Shown here: positions 47,701-61,710 of the stretch, piece by piece
How the letters are laid out: each line of letters begins with the position of its first letter
Numbering within the stretch: position 1 is the stretch's first letter
Assembly: GCF_009914755.1 (NCBI RefSeq)
Contig: NC_060926.1
Direction: 5' to 3' (one strand)
DNA from: the human T2T-CHM13v2.0 reference genome, Homo sapiens
Length of the DNA: 64,000 nucleotides
Made by a program: the position numbers and the translations under genes
The notes under the pieces: model-generated
Seen by the model: only the letters and a program-made list of their open reading frames with translations
What the model was told of the DNA's origin: nothing
The model's database searches: none

Positions 47701-47770
47701 AAATGCTTCCCCATCTCACCTTTTTAATGCCCTGTGGCTATTGCGTGCATATGTCCTTTCACACAAAGGC
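47007..47770. repeat. (TA)n/(CA)n tracts with embedded local duplications and inverted repeats
   Basis: Copies of 45521-45597 and 48537-48622; inverted arms 47279-47343/47441-47505 and 47530-47562/47691-47723. Confidence 0.92.
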
Positions 47771-48139
47771 AATATTTATGACTCACCATCAGAAAGTTAC
47801 ACAAAAAGTTACCTAAAGACTACCATGGATTTTCAATGACCAAATCATGACCCAACTTTTGGTCTTGCCCCTAAGGACTATATCTAGGTAGCCGTTCATC
47901 GAGAAGCAGCAAATGTATCTGCAGGAGTTTAGACTTTAACACTAACTTATTTGCATGTGGTCCTCAATTTTTAGAGCTCATGTGCACTGATGTGAAATCT
48001 CTTCTTATCCCACCCTCAAATTCTGGCTTAAATATCAGAACAGCTGTTCTTCATAAGATGATGGAGATGCTGATGCTGATAATAATGGAGATGATGATGA
48101 TAATGATGTGATGGTCGTGGTGACAGTAATGGTAATAGC

Positions 48140-48400
48140 AGTAATAAAAACCAACAACTACTCAGAATTACCATTTGGCAGGCATGAAGCTAAGCACGTT
48201 TCATGGATTATCTCATTCAATCTTCCAAAACAACTCCATGAGCCAAGAGCTATATCCCCATTTAAAAGGTGGAGAAATTGAAGCACTGAGGTGTTAGGTA
48301 AATATTAAATATCATACTCAAGGCCACACATTGGTAGGTGACAGAACCCAAACTTGAATGCAGAAAATCCACCTTCAGAACTTGTGCTGTTAATGTCTAC
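48140..48400 (-). mobile_element. MIR, with (GAT)n-like tract upstream (48055-48140)
   Basis: ggattatctcattcaatcttcc...ggagaaattgaagcactgag...caaggccacac. Confidence 0.75.
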
Positions 48401-49849
48401 TATCTCCTGCACGATGCCCATGCATGTTCTGAACACTGAGAGCTTGGGCTCATCCATCAGATGTTCAGGCCAGGCACAGTGGGGATGAGGTGTGCATGTG
48501 TCTAAGTGTGAAAATGTATTCAGCTGAGTGTCTCTGGGCAAGTTTAGTGCCAATTGCTACACAATTGATTGGATTATGGAAGTCTCCAAAAATGTAAGGG
48601 GCCAACACAAGCAAACTGTTTCACAGTCTGGCTATTCCTTTCACACAAAGTCAGCAAGGCCAGCCCTACAGCAATGCAGAAAACATCTCCTGAGTGGATT
48701 CTTCACGGCTTTCCCAGCCGATGCACCCCAAACACCAACGATCCAAGACCTGTCATTTGTGTTCTGATACTCCACCTGAGACCTGAAATAAAATGCAAAT
48801 ACAATATATAAACCCATGGTCACACTAGATAACTGGGACCTGAGGAAAGAGGCAGAAACTTTTTGATACTAAAGAGCTCTAGAAGGATCAAAAGTTCCCA
48901 GTACCCCCAACCCAACCCTCACAACTGCTGCATTCACACACACACACACAAACACACACACACAGAAACACACCTAACAAGTGCCATCAAAGTAGCAGAC
49001 AAAAGCAGTCATACAGCAGTAGACAAAATTATTAGTAAGTGCTTCAAAGGGATAATGAAAGTGAAAGAGGGAAAAATCCTTCATTCATTCTATATGGTAA
49101 TCATTTATTCAACAAATATGGTGTATCAATACTTATGGATATAAGTTAAGGAACTGCCAGTCTAGTGCAAGAGATAGACAAATGACAGATTATAGAATAT
49201 TCACCATTTTTATTAGTAAGCCTTTTCTGTGGATGACTCTGTGTTATTTACATACGCAAAACTTTTTTAACAGATTTGAATCAAATAACATATCTTATGT
49301 AGGGATTAACTACTGTTTGGGGGTTCTACGTATGTCTCTTCCAATAGAAGAGTTAGCAGTCAACTCTTAAATGTGGTTAATTTTAAGGATGAATAAATCT
49401 TGACTACACAGTTAGTTTCTTTACCTAATTTTTGGCTCAATTCCTGAATTTTAGGCAACCACAACCTGACTTTAGACATATCTTCAAGTAACTTTAATTA
49501 ATGCATACTAGTGTGGTATAAGAGATGACTAAGTGCTATGTTATAATACATACATAGGCCTCTCCTTTCTCAAAAGGACTTTATAATTGGTTATGGTAAT
49601 GAGACAGGTATACAAATAACTTTGCCACAATAGGCGTACAAATTATTGCGAGAGAAAGATAGGTACAAAAGATCATATTTGATTGAAGGAATTCAGACAC
49701 AGTTTTTCTTTTAATTTAATCCAAAATCTTCAGGTAAGAGAAGTTTTTAAAAAAAATGAAAAGTCAAATTCATAACAGTTCTCAAATTTTAAAAAACATA
49801 ATATTCAATATCCTTTATGTCTGAAAACCTCAGCATTTTCTTGTGTATC

Positions 49850-50360
49850 AGATGTTTAAGCAGCTAATGGACTTAGCCAGAGCCTTTTTAGAAGGTGTGA
49901 GTTTGTCCACACTTAGTAATGCCCACACTTGTAACACTCATCAAAAAGAGGCTAGTTTCAGGTATGGTTTGACTCAGAGGCTCAAATAAAGACTTGAATA
50001 AAAATGTTTCCATCTCTGTACTCTGCCTCCTATTGTGTTAACTTCATTTTCAGTCTCCATGTTGTGACTCCTGTCAACTCTGGGCTCATTCTTCCATGCT
50101 CAGTCTAGCAGAGAAGAGAAAGTGTTTTTTCCCAGGAGCCCTTCCACCTTCCTTGGATTCACTCTTTCCCATCTCTACAACGATCATTGTGGTTAAGGGG
50201 CTTTGATGCACTAAATGACCAAGCTTGAATCACAGATTTCATTCCTAGTGTCAAATATGACACCCTACCAGAACCAGATGGACAAAGAGTAGAAGAAGAT
50301 GGTCCCTCAAAGAGAAGGAAGTGCATCTGATGCTGAGTGTTTCAAACAAATAGCCTCTGC
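49850..50360 (-). mobile_element. MLT1K-like MaLR LTR
   Basis: gtttcaggtatggtttgactcagaggctcaaa...gatcattgtggttaagggg. Confidence 0.55.
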
Positions 50361-50672
50361 ACATATTTCATTCTCCTGAGGGAGATCATATACACATTAA
50401 TCTTATATTCCATTTATGCATAAAGCAGAGTCAAAAAGAAATTAACAAAAGCAAAAATAATTATATTATTTTTGTGGTTGTATATTTATATTTATATTAT
50501 TATGTGGTTGCTGAACCAAAGTCTTGATCTAAATAATTGATTCTTAAATCTAAGGTTGACTTTCAATGAAGGATTCCACAGTCCCTTGAAATCTTAGTCT
50601 TCTCTGATGTAAACTCTAGAATCGCTCCTCCTGAGCTCAATGATGCAATCTGCTCCCTTTTGCGGGGCTTAC

Positions 50673-50787
50673 CTTCCATTGATGGGAAAGGGTCTCTGAG
50701 AAGAAAATACATGCGACTCTCTTCAATAAAACACATGTTGAGAAATTGGGAGAAACGGCATCCCTCAACCTTGTCAACACATTGAAG
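50673..50787 (-). other. Candidate 115-bp minus-strand internal exon, unconfirmed
   Basis: Acceptor tatattctcctgtttag|CTTCAA and donor GGAAG|gtaagc; non-repetitive; stop-free in two frames. Confidence 0.3.
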
Positions 50788-51194
50788 CTAAACAGGAGAA
50801 TATATGCAGAAGCAGGAAACAACCAGACTACACATTGCGTGCTTGTCTACCAGCCCTGCTCTGTTCTCAAGGCAAATTCTTACTGCAGTGAGTGTCTGTC
50901 CAACTGCAGAAAATGTACAATGGCTCTGAGAGTACTGTTCAGTGCCAGAAATGTAGGAAAGGAGGAAGGACCATAAATGCATATTAATGAATTTATTCCA
51001 GAGCAGATCATGCTTTTCACTAACATAATAGCAAACGAAGACCAACATTCTGCAGTCACAACTATTAAACACACTCAAACACCCCATCAAAACATACTTT
51101 TCCCCATCATGTCTTTTCAGATGATCATTATATTTCCAGTATAAAATTTTTTGCAAAGCCATCTTAAGGTGCTTCACATTCTCTTTGGAAGTAA

Positions 51195-51558
<364 letters not shown>

Positions 51559-51675
51559 ATAAATGTCTTAAAAGTTGAATTAATAATGATGGCTAAAAGG
51601 GTAAATGCGCCCCACTTGGGTAGAATGTCATAATTTTAACAACGGCCTGCAGAAGCCAGTCTAGAGACAGCACCA

Positions 51676-51755
51676 TGACTCAAAGGAATGACTAATATCA
51701 GGAATTTCACACACCATGGTAGATGCAAGAGGGGAAACTCTATTTGGGGAATTCC
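51676..51755. promoter_or_regulatory. Candidate AP-1/NF-kB motif cluster
   Basis: TGACTCA 51676-51682, TGACTAA 51689-51695, GGGGAAACTC 51731-51740, GGGGAATTCC 51746-51755; motif match only. Confidence 0.3.
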
Positions 51756-54700
51756 TGATTCCACTATTTATCTTGCCAATAAGTAGAATGAGTTTCATCT
51801 GCATTAAATCTACTTACACTAAAGTAGCAACCTCTGAAATAAGTCTTGTCATATCCACCAGCCTCATTCAAATTAGACTGATTTTCTAAATACAGTGTTT
51901 TTTGGCAAGATTATTTCACTCATAAAAAAATTAAACATGAGAACTCATATATGATTAAGAAGTTTTCTACGAATCTTAAAAACATGCCTGATGAAGTTAT
52001 ACATTTATGTGATGACAGCTCCAACATACTCAGATATAAACGCCCAGCTCTACACATTGCACAAGTCCAGAGGGAGTACCATTCGTGTTGAACTTTGTAT
52101 AAGTGGTACTTCCTAGAAATGGACAATGAATCATTCTCTCAAAATGTAGTGTGTTTATGTATGTGTGCTTGTGGATGTACACACATCCTATACCTACATC
52201 TATATCTGTCTGTATCTATATCTCAAACTAGATTTGGTCTTTCAGAAAAAACCTCTTCCTCTACTCAACAGATAACAAACTGACTTGGGATTTCCATGAA
52301 TCTGTAATGTGGAAGCTACTTTCAAGCCATTCATACCCCCCTATTGCCATTCTACTTTCGAGGAACTGTAAATTATACATGAATTATTTAGCCATGTACG
52401 CCTTGTCCATAAATGTATTTAGGAAATTCATTTCGTTCCTTCCTATAATATTATATACTTACTATCGAGACTTTTGAATGTGTATGTGTGTGTGCTTGTG
52501 TGTGTGTGTGCGTGCACGTGTGATAGAGAGAGAGTAACCAAAATATCCATTTATTTCAAAACCACGGCAACCATAAACAAAGTTATTTTCCATAAATCAG
52601 GAGAACAGGTTGTATTGCACATGTCAGGAACCAAATACATGAGCCTGAGCAAGGCATTTCCGCTTCTGAATCTTAATTTTAAAACTGCATATTTAATTTT
52701 AAATAAGTTATAATTTATTAGTTGGTGAAGATTTACTTAGTAGGCTCAAAATATACAGACTATCCTAAGTGGATTCAATAGTGACAATAAGCTATACATG
52801 TCTGTCAAGGCTTACAAAAAGTCATAAGCTGAAAATAAAATTGAGAAATCTGACAGAAGGTATAATATTTTATTTTAGGTGAAGTTAATGTGAATTAATT
52901 GTATAAAGCTTCCCAATTCCAAAAATGAAAATCAAGCTGTACTGTAAGAGGAATAACACTTAGTTGATCTATTCAAACTGGATCTCAACCAAGTTTCCAG
53001 AGTAGAAGAGATGTATGACTGGTTACTAGTTCCCAGTACAAGTTTCCGTTTTCAAAATATTTCCTTTAAAAGAAAAAAAGAAAAGGGCAGAATACCAATT
53101 TTGAACTTTAAAGGAAAATATCATTGCCATGTATATTCCTGGAACCCTGCTTAATGCTGTCTCACTTTTTCCCTTTACCTTAACATTTCTCTAAAAAGAG
53201 ACATTGTCCAATTAACATGATCCTTTTTGTGGACAGGGCCACCATCATTTAGTATCCCAGAGAAAGGAAGAGCAAGCGTCTACAACAATATAGCATTTCA
53301 CATACTTAATCCTTACCACTAAGGTAACCCATTTATTTTTCCCTTATTTCCTCCTATATAGAATTTCCTGTAAAATGTATATTTATACTCTGCTGATTTA
53401 TATCTGTGGGAAATCAATGTCTTTCTTAATGCTTCAGAGATTTGAAATAACCCATTCTCAGTAGCAACAAGATTATATTCACGGAGATAATTTGCCTGTG
53501 AAATACTACCCAGCAGTCTTTTGAACCTCTTACTATCACTTTGCTCTGTGGTGCATTTTGTCTTTCCTGACTAAACAGTGTTTGCAAACAAAATATTTCC
53601 ACTAGTAAACCAGGTCAGAAAGCTGTCTTGCGCTTGCTAAGACAGTGACACATAGAGATATATCACTTATTTCTGTCAAATTCAACTCCTTCCTACTTCT
53701 CTAAAAACAATCGTTTTGCAGATGAGCGAGTCAACAGTTGACACCAAGTTAACCAAGAGTTTTCTTACTGCTCTTAAGATCTCAGAGATCATTAAGTGGG
53801 AGACATTGAGCCTGGAACAATCCACCTGATATCACCTTTTTCTTAAATGTATAACAACACTGATATCCAAAGTGTTTAAAAGACATATCCTAAATACCAC
53901 AGATGATTAGTGCCAATATCAAAACAACTGCCTTAAGTCTTTGGCTACTGTTGCTGGTTTCGAAGGAATCCAGTAACATGTAACATCTAAATAATTTCAG
54001 AGTGGGTATATTCATCATTTTGCTACAACATAGGATAAAAGTCCACTTGAGAGAATAGTCTGGAAAAACCATCAATAGCTTACCAAGAAAAAGGAAGGAC
54101 TTTTCTCCCACCCTGTGAACCCACAGAATGGGGGTGCCCATTACACAGGGTGGGCAGAAGTTGCTCTATCAACTGCATTTTATTCCAGAAGTCTTTCTTG
54201 GTGGCACGGTCTTGGGCAAAAGGCAGGACACTCTGAATGGCTTTTCTACGGGAACAGCAGGGAAAGCTTAGAGGTGTTCTAAGAAAAGGGACTCGCACAA
54301 AGGCCATCTTGAGACCTTTCATTCTGATGAATCAAATCCCACCCTGGCCCGTAATACTGGCTCTTCTGCTACCTCCTCTGCCTTCCCAAGAAAGGATCCA
54401 GGAAGAAATCCTTCTTCTCTCCCCCTTACCCATTCTCCCATCCACAGTGAGGAGGAAGATGACAAGAGCCTCTCTTGGGAGAGTTGAGGGGACCGTGCAT
54501 CTTTGCTCGTGGATCTCTCTTGGAAACAACGCGTCCTATAGGGCAAGTGCTTTCTTCCTTCTGTCTCTCCATCTGCCTTGAGAAGGGCTCCCTTCCCCCA
54601 GCTACCCAGCTATACAGCCTATGACTGGGCAGGTAGGTGGTCAGAATGACACTGTAGCATTGGGTCCTAGTTGCATCCTTCTTATACCCATTAATAAAAT

Positions 54701-55084
54701 TTATAACTCTCTCCTGACCCTAAGAGACTATTTCTGAATTGGGTCAGAGTCTGGTGGGGGAAAATGTGGAGATGGGATCAATTAGTCTCCTCAGAGGTTT
54801 ATGTGAGGAGAGTAGAGAAGAGTGACAGGTCCCAGGGAAACTCAGCATTAAATTGGAATGTTAACAAAAGAAATTGAAGCCAAGACCAAAGTTTTGGTCT
54901 TATTTGCCTTGGGCCAAGACTAAGTGGACATTTCATCAAATTTCAACAGGGAAGAAACAGAGTGTTATTGGGCCTACTTGGATTAAGCTGTTAGATTCAT
55001 GGAGGAGGTAAAAATTGCTGCAGGTATTTGGAGAGAAGCCACAAGGGATTGTTACTGGAGATGGGGAGGGAAGCCATCTTCAGG

Positions 55085-55270
55085 CAATTTAGCATGGTGG
55101 ACAGAGCCCAGATTCAGGGAGCTACACCTGGCTTCTAATCCAGGCTCTGCCTCCTACTTGCACTGTGACCTTAGAAATGCCCTCCCAGCTGTTTTTCTGT
55201 AACAATAGTTTCTGCATGCAGTTGTTTTCATGACAATGCATGGGGAAGCCCTTAGAACACTGTGAAGAAC
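55085..55270 (+). mobile_element. MIR
   Basis: cctggcttctaatccaggctctgcctcctacttgcactgtgaccttag. Confidence 0.7.
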
Positions 55271-56109
55271 CATGAAAAGGATTATCTTGTGGGGGGAAAA
55301 AAAACTAGAAAATTATTAAAAGGGATAGATAATTTTGCCAGTTATGTTCAAGGCCCATTAACCCCAATCTCTCATGTACTCACTTCACAACACTCCAGGT
55401 GTCTGCATGTCTTGGCCCTCCAGCCTACCCTATTCTTCTACTGATAAGATATGAAAAGATGAAAGAGAAGTTGAGATACCAATTTCCTGCAAGGTGGGAT
55501 AGAGACAGCCAGGAATTATAGCACTGTGAAGGGAAGGTGCTATGAAACTCAGATCTTGGGCCCTGGCCTCCTTGCCCAGCCAAGCCAACTGTTTAAATAA
55601 TACTATGTGGCTTCCTCTGCAAATAGCTGCTGAAGTAAATTACTTGATGGAGCATCAGATTAGTCTGTAGGAGACTCCCTGTTATTTCTTTTCTGATGTA
55701 CATACAGCACCAAGGACAGGAATGAACAGTGGGCATCATTAGTGAGTGAGGCAGACTGTTAAGAAAGAAGAAAACTGCCTGATTTCTGCTGGGAAATTAC
55801 TAAGACTGGTAAAATGGTTACTGCTATTCAATTAGTAGTTAATCTGAAAATCATAAGGTGCAGTCCAACATGTGAAAATGATGCTTCTCCTTGGCCATAA
55901 GTAAATAACTTTGGTTTCCTTTCTAGTGCAGAAGAACTTGCCTTTAGGAAAAGACATTTCCCCGGTCTCCCTTTGTCCCAATAGGAATCTAGCAAATGAG
56001 AATGCAAAGCTGAATGAGCTCAGGAACCAAGCCTCATTGGCATAAGGCTTCCATCTCCTAGAAAACCAGTTCATTTTCTTTTTTACTTCTTACTTATAAC
56101 TGTAAAGGC

Positions 56110-56419
56110 CCATATTAAAAAAGAAAAAAAGACAGATCTCAACTTAATAAACTAATCCTCTACCTTAAGAAACTAGAAAATGAAAAGCAAACTAAAACTA
56201 AAGCAATCAGAAAGAAAATAATATAAATTAGAGTGGCAATAAATGAACTAGAGAATATACAAAGCAGAAAAATCAAAACCACTTTGATTCTTAAAAATAT
56301 CAATAAAAGTAATGAATCTTTATCTTGACTAACCAAGAATACAGAGAGAAGACTCAGATTACTAAAATCAGAAATAAAAGACGTACATTACTATTGACTT
56401 TGTAGAAATGAAAAGGATT
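56110..56419 (+). mobile_element. L1M ORF2 fragment
   Basis: taccttaagaaactagaaaatgaaaagcaaactaaa...gagagaagactcagattactaaaatcagaaat. Confidence 0.8.
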
Positions 56420-56488
56420 GGCCGGGCACGGTGTCTCACACCTATAATCCTACCACTTTGGAAGGCCGAGGCAGGCAGATCACCTGAG
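56420..56488 (+). mobile_element. 3'-truncated Alu (first 69 bp only)
   Basis: ggccgggcacggtgtctcacacctataatcc...gatcacctgag, then an abrupt end. Confidence 0.85.
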
Positions 56489-56772
56489 TTATTGAGTAGT
56501 CCAAGTAGTCACATAGAAAGCATTCTCAGCAGAGCTCCTATCCCAGTGTCCTTGTGTTGACTGTTGACTGTCCATAGACCACCTATGTCTTACTTGCCCT
56601 TCTTTCCCCCTGCATCTTCATTTCCAGCAGGGCTCCCTGGTAGGACAGTACCAATAGTTCATACTATCTGTGCCATCCAGCTTGCTTTCCCTCCCTACTG
56701 TTTATTTCTACTGCATACCCTAAGGTACTGGGAATCGACTATCAGTCACTATAACTGCAGATTACATAGGAT

Positions 56773-57075
56773 AAAAGTAACTCAGGAATAGAAAACCAAA
56801 CATTGTATGTTCTCACCGATATGTGAGAGCTAAGCTATGAGGATGCAAAAGCAGAAGAATGAAAGTCCCCCAATGGACTTTGGGGACTTGGGGGCAAGAG
56901 CGGGAAGGGAGAGAGGGATAAAAGACTACAAATATGGTGCAGTGTATACTGCTCAGGTGATGGGTGCACCAAAATCTCACAAATCACCACTAAAGAACTT
57001 ATTCATGTAACCAAATACTACCTGTACCCCAATAACTTATGGACAAATAAAATTTTAAAAAAATTTAAAAAAAAT
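56773..57075 (+). mobile_element. L1PB1-like 3' end
   Basis: aagtaactcaggaatagaaaaccaaacattg...aaaatctcacaaatcaccactaaagaactta... Confidence 0.88.
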
Positions 57076-59402
57076 AGATAAATGAACACTTCAGTGTTTT
57101 TAGGCTGGCGGGTTTGAAATGAAAAAGAAGACTATGACTTGGATAGGAGAAGAGAAAGAAGAGAACCCTCTTAGGGCAGGATACCAAAACAGGAAGAGTG
57201 TCAAGAGACCCAAGTTCGGGGCCACCTGTAAATCCCTCTTTGCAAACTAGAAAATGACACCCCTGCCTCCAGGTAAACAAGCCCCATGACAAGCTGCACA
57301 GTTTGGTGAACCTTACCAGGTTTGCATTTTGGCCCGTTTGTCCTTTTAGCCAGTAACCCTGAGAGCTGCACGACCTGTCCCACTTGCCCAACTGGGCGTG
57401 CAGTCCTAACGCAGCTCTGGCTTTGGGGTGATCTTGAGCACCTACGTTTCTCCACCTTCTGGTTCCTCCCCCCAGAAAGCTACAATTGCAATCATACTTG
57501 CCATTCTCACCTGGTTTTAAAGATGACATGATATACATATGTAAAATCACTTTGGGAAACACACAGAGTGACAGAAATCATTACAGAGCAGCCTAACCCA
57601 AGTCTCTGTAGCCAGCCAGGAGGGAGGAGGGGGACTGGGAGGCTCAGTTCAGCGTGACTGAGCTTTAGGACACACTGCGTTTGGTACAAAGACAAACAGC
57701 AGTACATTCAGAGGCACGTGCTAGGCAGAACCATGAGGAATGCCATGGCTTTCCTCTTGTTATTTTTCTAGCTGTGGGAGTTTACTGTTGTATTTGTGTT
57801 TTGTACAATTACCCAGAGGCTATAGTGACATTTTTGCATATTTAATCAATCTAATAACCAAAACCTAAGACTGTGTGCATATCACCTCTATTAAATCTCT
57901 TCACTCATATCTATTCATTCATCCTCCCCCTCCAATCCTCCCAGCACTTCATTTCTTTTCTCACACATTGCTATAATTTATTCATCTCAAGATGCACTTC
58001 TGTCTCATTTAATCATTTAAACAGACCTTTGGTGCCTATTTAATTGATTCTTCCTGGGTTTTAATTTGCATCTTTGACTTTGCCATCCTGATTTCTTTGA
58101 CTACCTCTCGCTCTGCATGACATATGTTTATGCTTTAACAGGTTTCTAATATTCTGGAAGACTTCAGAGGCCAAGGTTGAAAAAAATATGCCGTTTAAAA
58201 CAGAAATCTATTTGATTGGCCAGGCAACTGAGCAAAACCAAAAGCAAATGCTCTGTGGCTTCAGGAGACAGACAACCAGGGTCATCCTCGATGTCAGCTG
58301 CCCACAGCCAACCTGGCCAGCTCCTGGGCCAGCAGAGGACCAGGCTCCTCGCTCTGAGGATCCCTGCCAGGATGGGGAGGCAGGTCCACCAATAAGAAAA
58401 GGTGAGGGTTTCCTGTGAAGGGTTTCACTTTGATTTTGGCTCTATGTAACATAGGGACCCACTGTTTGCTTCTCCCGTGTTTAGGTTTGCTTCTGATTTG
58501 GGAGAAAAGGAGGGTGATTGGTATGGAAAAAACATGGAACTGAGTTAATAAACTGGTATGCTCAGGAAAGCAGGAGGGAGACAAGTTATTCAGCAACAGT
58601 GTATTCTATGATGCCCATGGAGAACAAGATTTGTGATTTTAATTTTGTGTAGATTAAATGTAAGTGGAATTGCATGAAGATTCTTATAAATTAATATCAC
58701 CCATAGAAGTCCCAAATGATAGGAAGAAGGAAAGGGAGGCAAGGTGCTATGATTCTGACTCCATGAGCCCATTGTTCAGATGATCCAATAAAGGTTCTCA
58801 ACTCCCCAGAGGGGAACCTAACCCTGGGTTTGGGTTTCACAGGTGATTTAATTTTTATTGCGATTCTGCCACTGACCTGACAAAAAAAATCCTTCTATTT
58901 TCATTTTCTCCTTGATATAATGGGAGTTATAAAGCAGAAATTATTCCCCAGCAGTATTATGCAAAGAAGTTAATATTTTAAGCACTCAGAAATTCTACCA
59001 TATGACAGAGAAGTACTGAATATTATGGGTGCCACATGCATTTATTATGTTCTTCAAAGGAAAAATTACTCAAGTTTTAATCACAATCATAAAATAATTA
59101 AACTTGAAATGTGGTTGTATAATTTCTGCCAAAAAAAAAGAAAACATTCCAAGTCTTTCATTTGTTTTAATGAGCTTCAGAACCAGCTATTGGCACCCAC
59201 TTTCTAATCAGTCTAATGCCTTTCATAGGCATCCATTCTCTTATTGCTGTATTTAAACCCTTCTTCATGGAAAGTGGTAAATTTACTTCAAATGTATAAT
59301 GTGATTTAAAAAAAATGAAATAAAAATAAACCAAGACCTTGTTATAAGAGAGAGGTTGTCTTAATATTTTCTCTTGTATCAATTGTAAGACCGAAATTCT
59401 GA

Positions 59403-59746
<344 letters not shown>

Positions 59747-60975
59747 ACTCTCCTTTATGTTTTTTATGAAATCTCGACCATTTGTGGGTTTTAAAATGGT
59801 ATATGTGAACTGGACTCAATCTGTCAATAATATATCCATTTTTTTTGCACTTTGGTCTTAGACATAAAATTTTCCATCTGTGATCCTGGGAATTCTGATT
59901 GGCACCACCAACGTGACTAAACGGCCATTTAAGTTGTTCTATGATTATTTCTAAATCCGCCATTGTGGCTAACTTTGGTAGCAGAGTGGGCCTGAGCTAA
60001 GGAGCTTGGATCTGGATATTCAGGAGATAAACATTTGTGGAAATTTCTTTAAAAGGAAGCCTGGAATCATACAATAGGAAAAGGGAAGGGACCCAGGCAC
60101 AAGGCTCTCTCATTCTATAGAATGTTCTTTGTACCAAGATACTGGAGAAAGCAACTGAGGTGGGGTGGACCTCACTCCACTTACCACTCACCAGAGAGTG
60201 AGCAGGTAGATGGCTGCAAGCACCTAGAATAGGTACCTTTTTCTATCACATTTAGCTTACGAAATCCACATTTGGAAGAAGGTAGCCACATTCCAGTCCT
60301 GAACCCTGAGGCTCACAGGGAAGACTTTAGTCTAGGGGTGTTGACTCAAGGTTAGGAATAGTTCAACTGCACAGCAGGTGTAGAGCTCCAATGAGTCCTA
60401 ATAACTGCTGGCCCCAGAGCTCGAGTGATGAAATTAGAAGGAAAAGAGAAAATAGAGAGTGGTGAGAGTGGTATGTCTTGGTTGGACAGAACTAGAGGCA
60501 GTGACAAAATAAACAGGTATATTTTGAAAACAAGGACAGAGCAGTTAAATGAGGCTCACATACAGAAGAGATGTCAAAAGATATTTGAGAGAGGAATATC
60601 TGTTCAAGAAAGTCTGGGTAGTCCAGCCACAACAAGCAAATATCATGGTGAATAGCTGTCCTGGGCTTTTTTCAAATTCCTATTACTATGGGCAAGATTA
60701 ATTCCATAATTAAGTAGCTAAACAGACGCTATAAGAGTTTGGAGGGAGCAGGAACTGCTAGTGTGGAGCATATTCTCAGTTTCGATGGTTCAAGCATATG
60801 AGGTCAGGGAGCCAATTGACTATGTTGAGAAGAAGCAGATAGTAGCAAGAAAGGGAAGATGGGAGGAGCAAGAAACCAAACTGCAAAGGAAAAACCCTTT
60901 GGACAGGATCTGTCTTATAAATAGTTGCAGACAATTCTAGAAGGGATAGGAACAGGGAATAAGATAGCCATTATT

Positions 60976-61271
<296 letters not shown>

Positions 61272-61513
61272 GATAGCCATTATTACTCAGTTAGAAAACA
61301 AATAAACATTCACCAGATATTCGTATATCTTGATGTTTAACTTTTGCTCTTACATAGACTTGCACATGATAATGAAGTAGGAAGATTTATGCTATAATAA
61401 AATATAAAAGTAAATATCATACATGATAATAAAATATCTGATTTACCAATATTCGCACTTGAAATATCACATGCTTCTGGACAACAGTGTGCTCTGATAC
61501 AGCCCCTCGCTTT

Positions 61514-61710
61514 ATGCTATGAGTTGAGTTGTGTTCCCCGGAAAGATGTTGAAGTCCTAACCCCCAGTCCCTGTGAATGTGACCTTATTTGAAAATAGGG
61601 TCTCTGCCAGTGATCAAAGTAAGATGAGATCATTAGGGCAGGCCCTAATTTAATATGACAGCACTCCTTATAAAAAGGGGAAATTTGAACACAGAGACAC
61701 ACATACTCAC
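61514..61710 (+). mobile_element. MLT1B/C LTR 5' half, interrupted by L1
   Basis: gatgttgaagtcctaacccccagt..gaatgtgaccttatttgaaaatagggtc...ccttataaaaaggggaaatttg. Confidence 0.85.

Noticed and set aside
47197-47816. ORFs sharing KYFKGVKKHPAD-like peptides on both strands
   Set aside because: By-product of the inverted duplications and microsatellites
58811-58840. Telomere-like cctaaccctgggtttgggttt quasi-palindrome
   Set aside because: Too short; expected by chance
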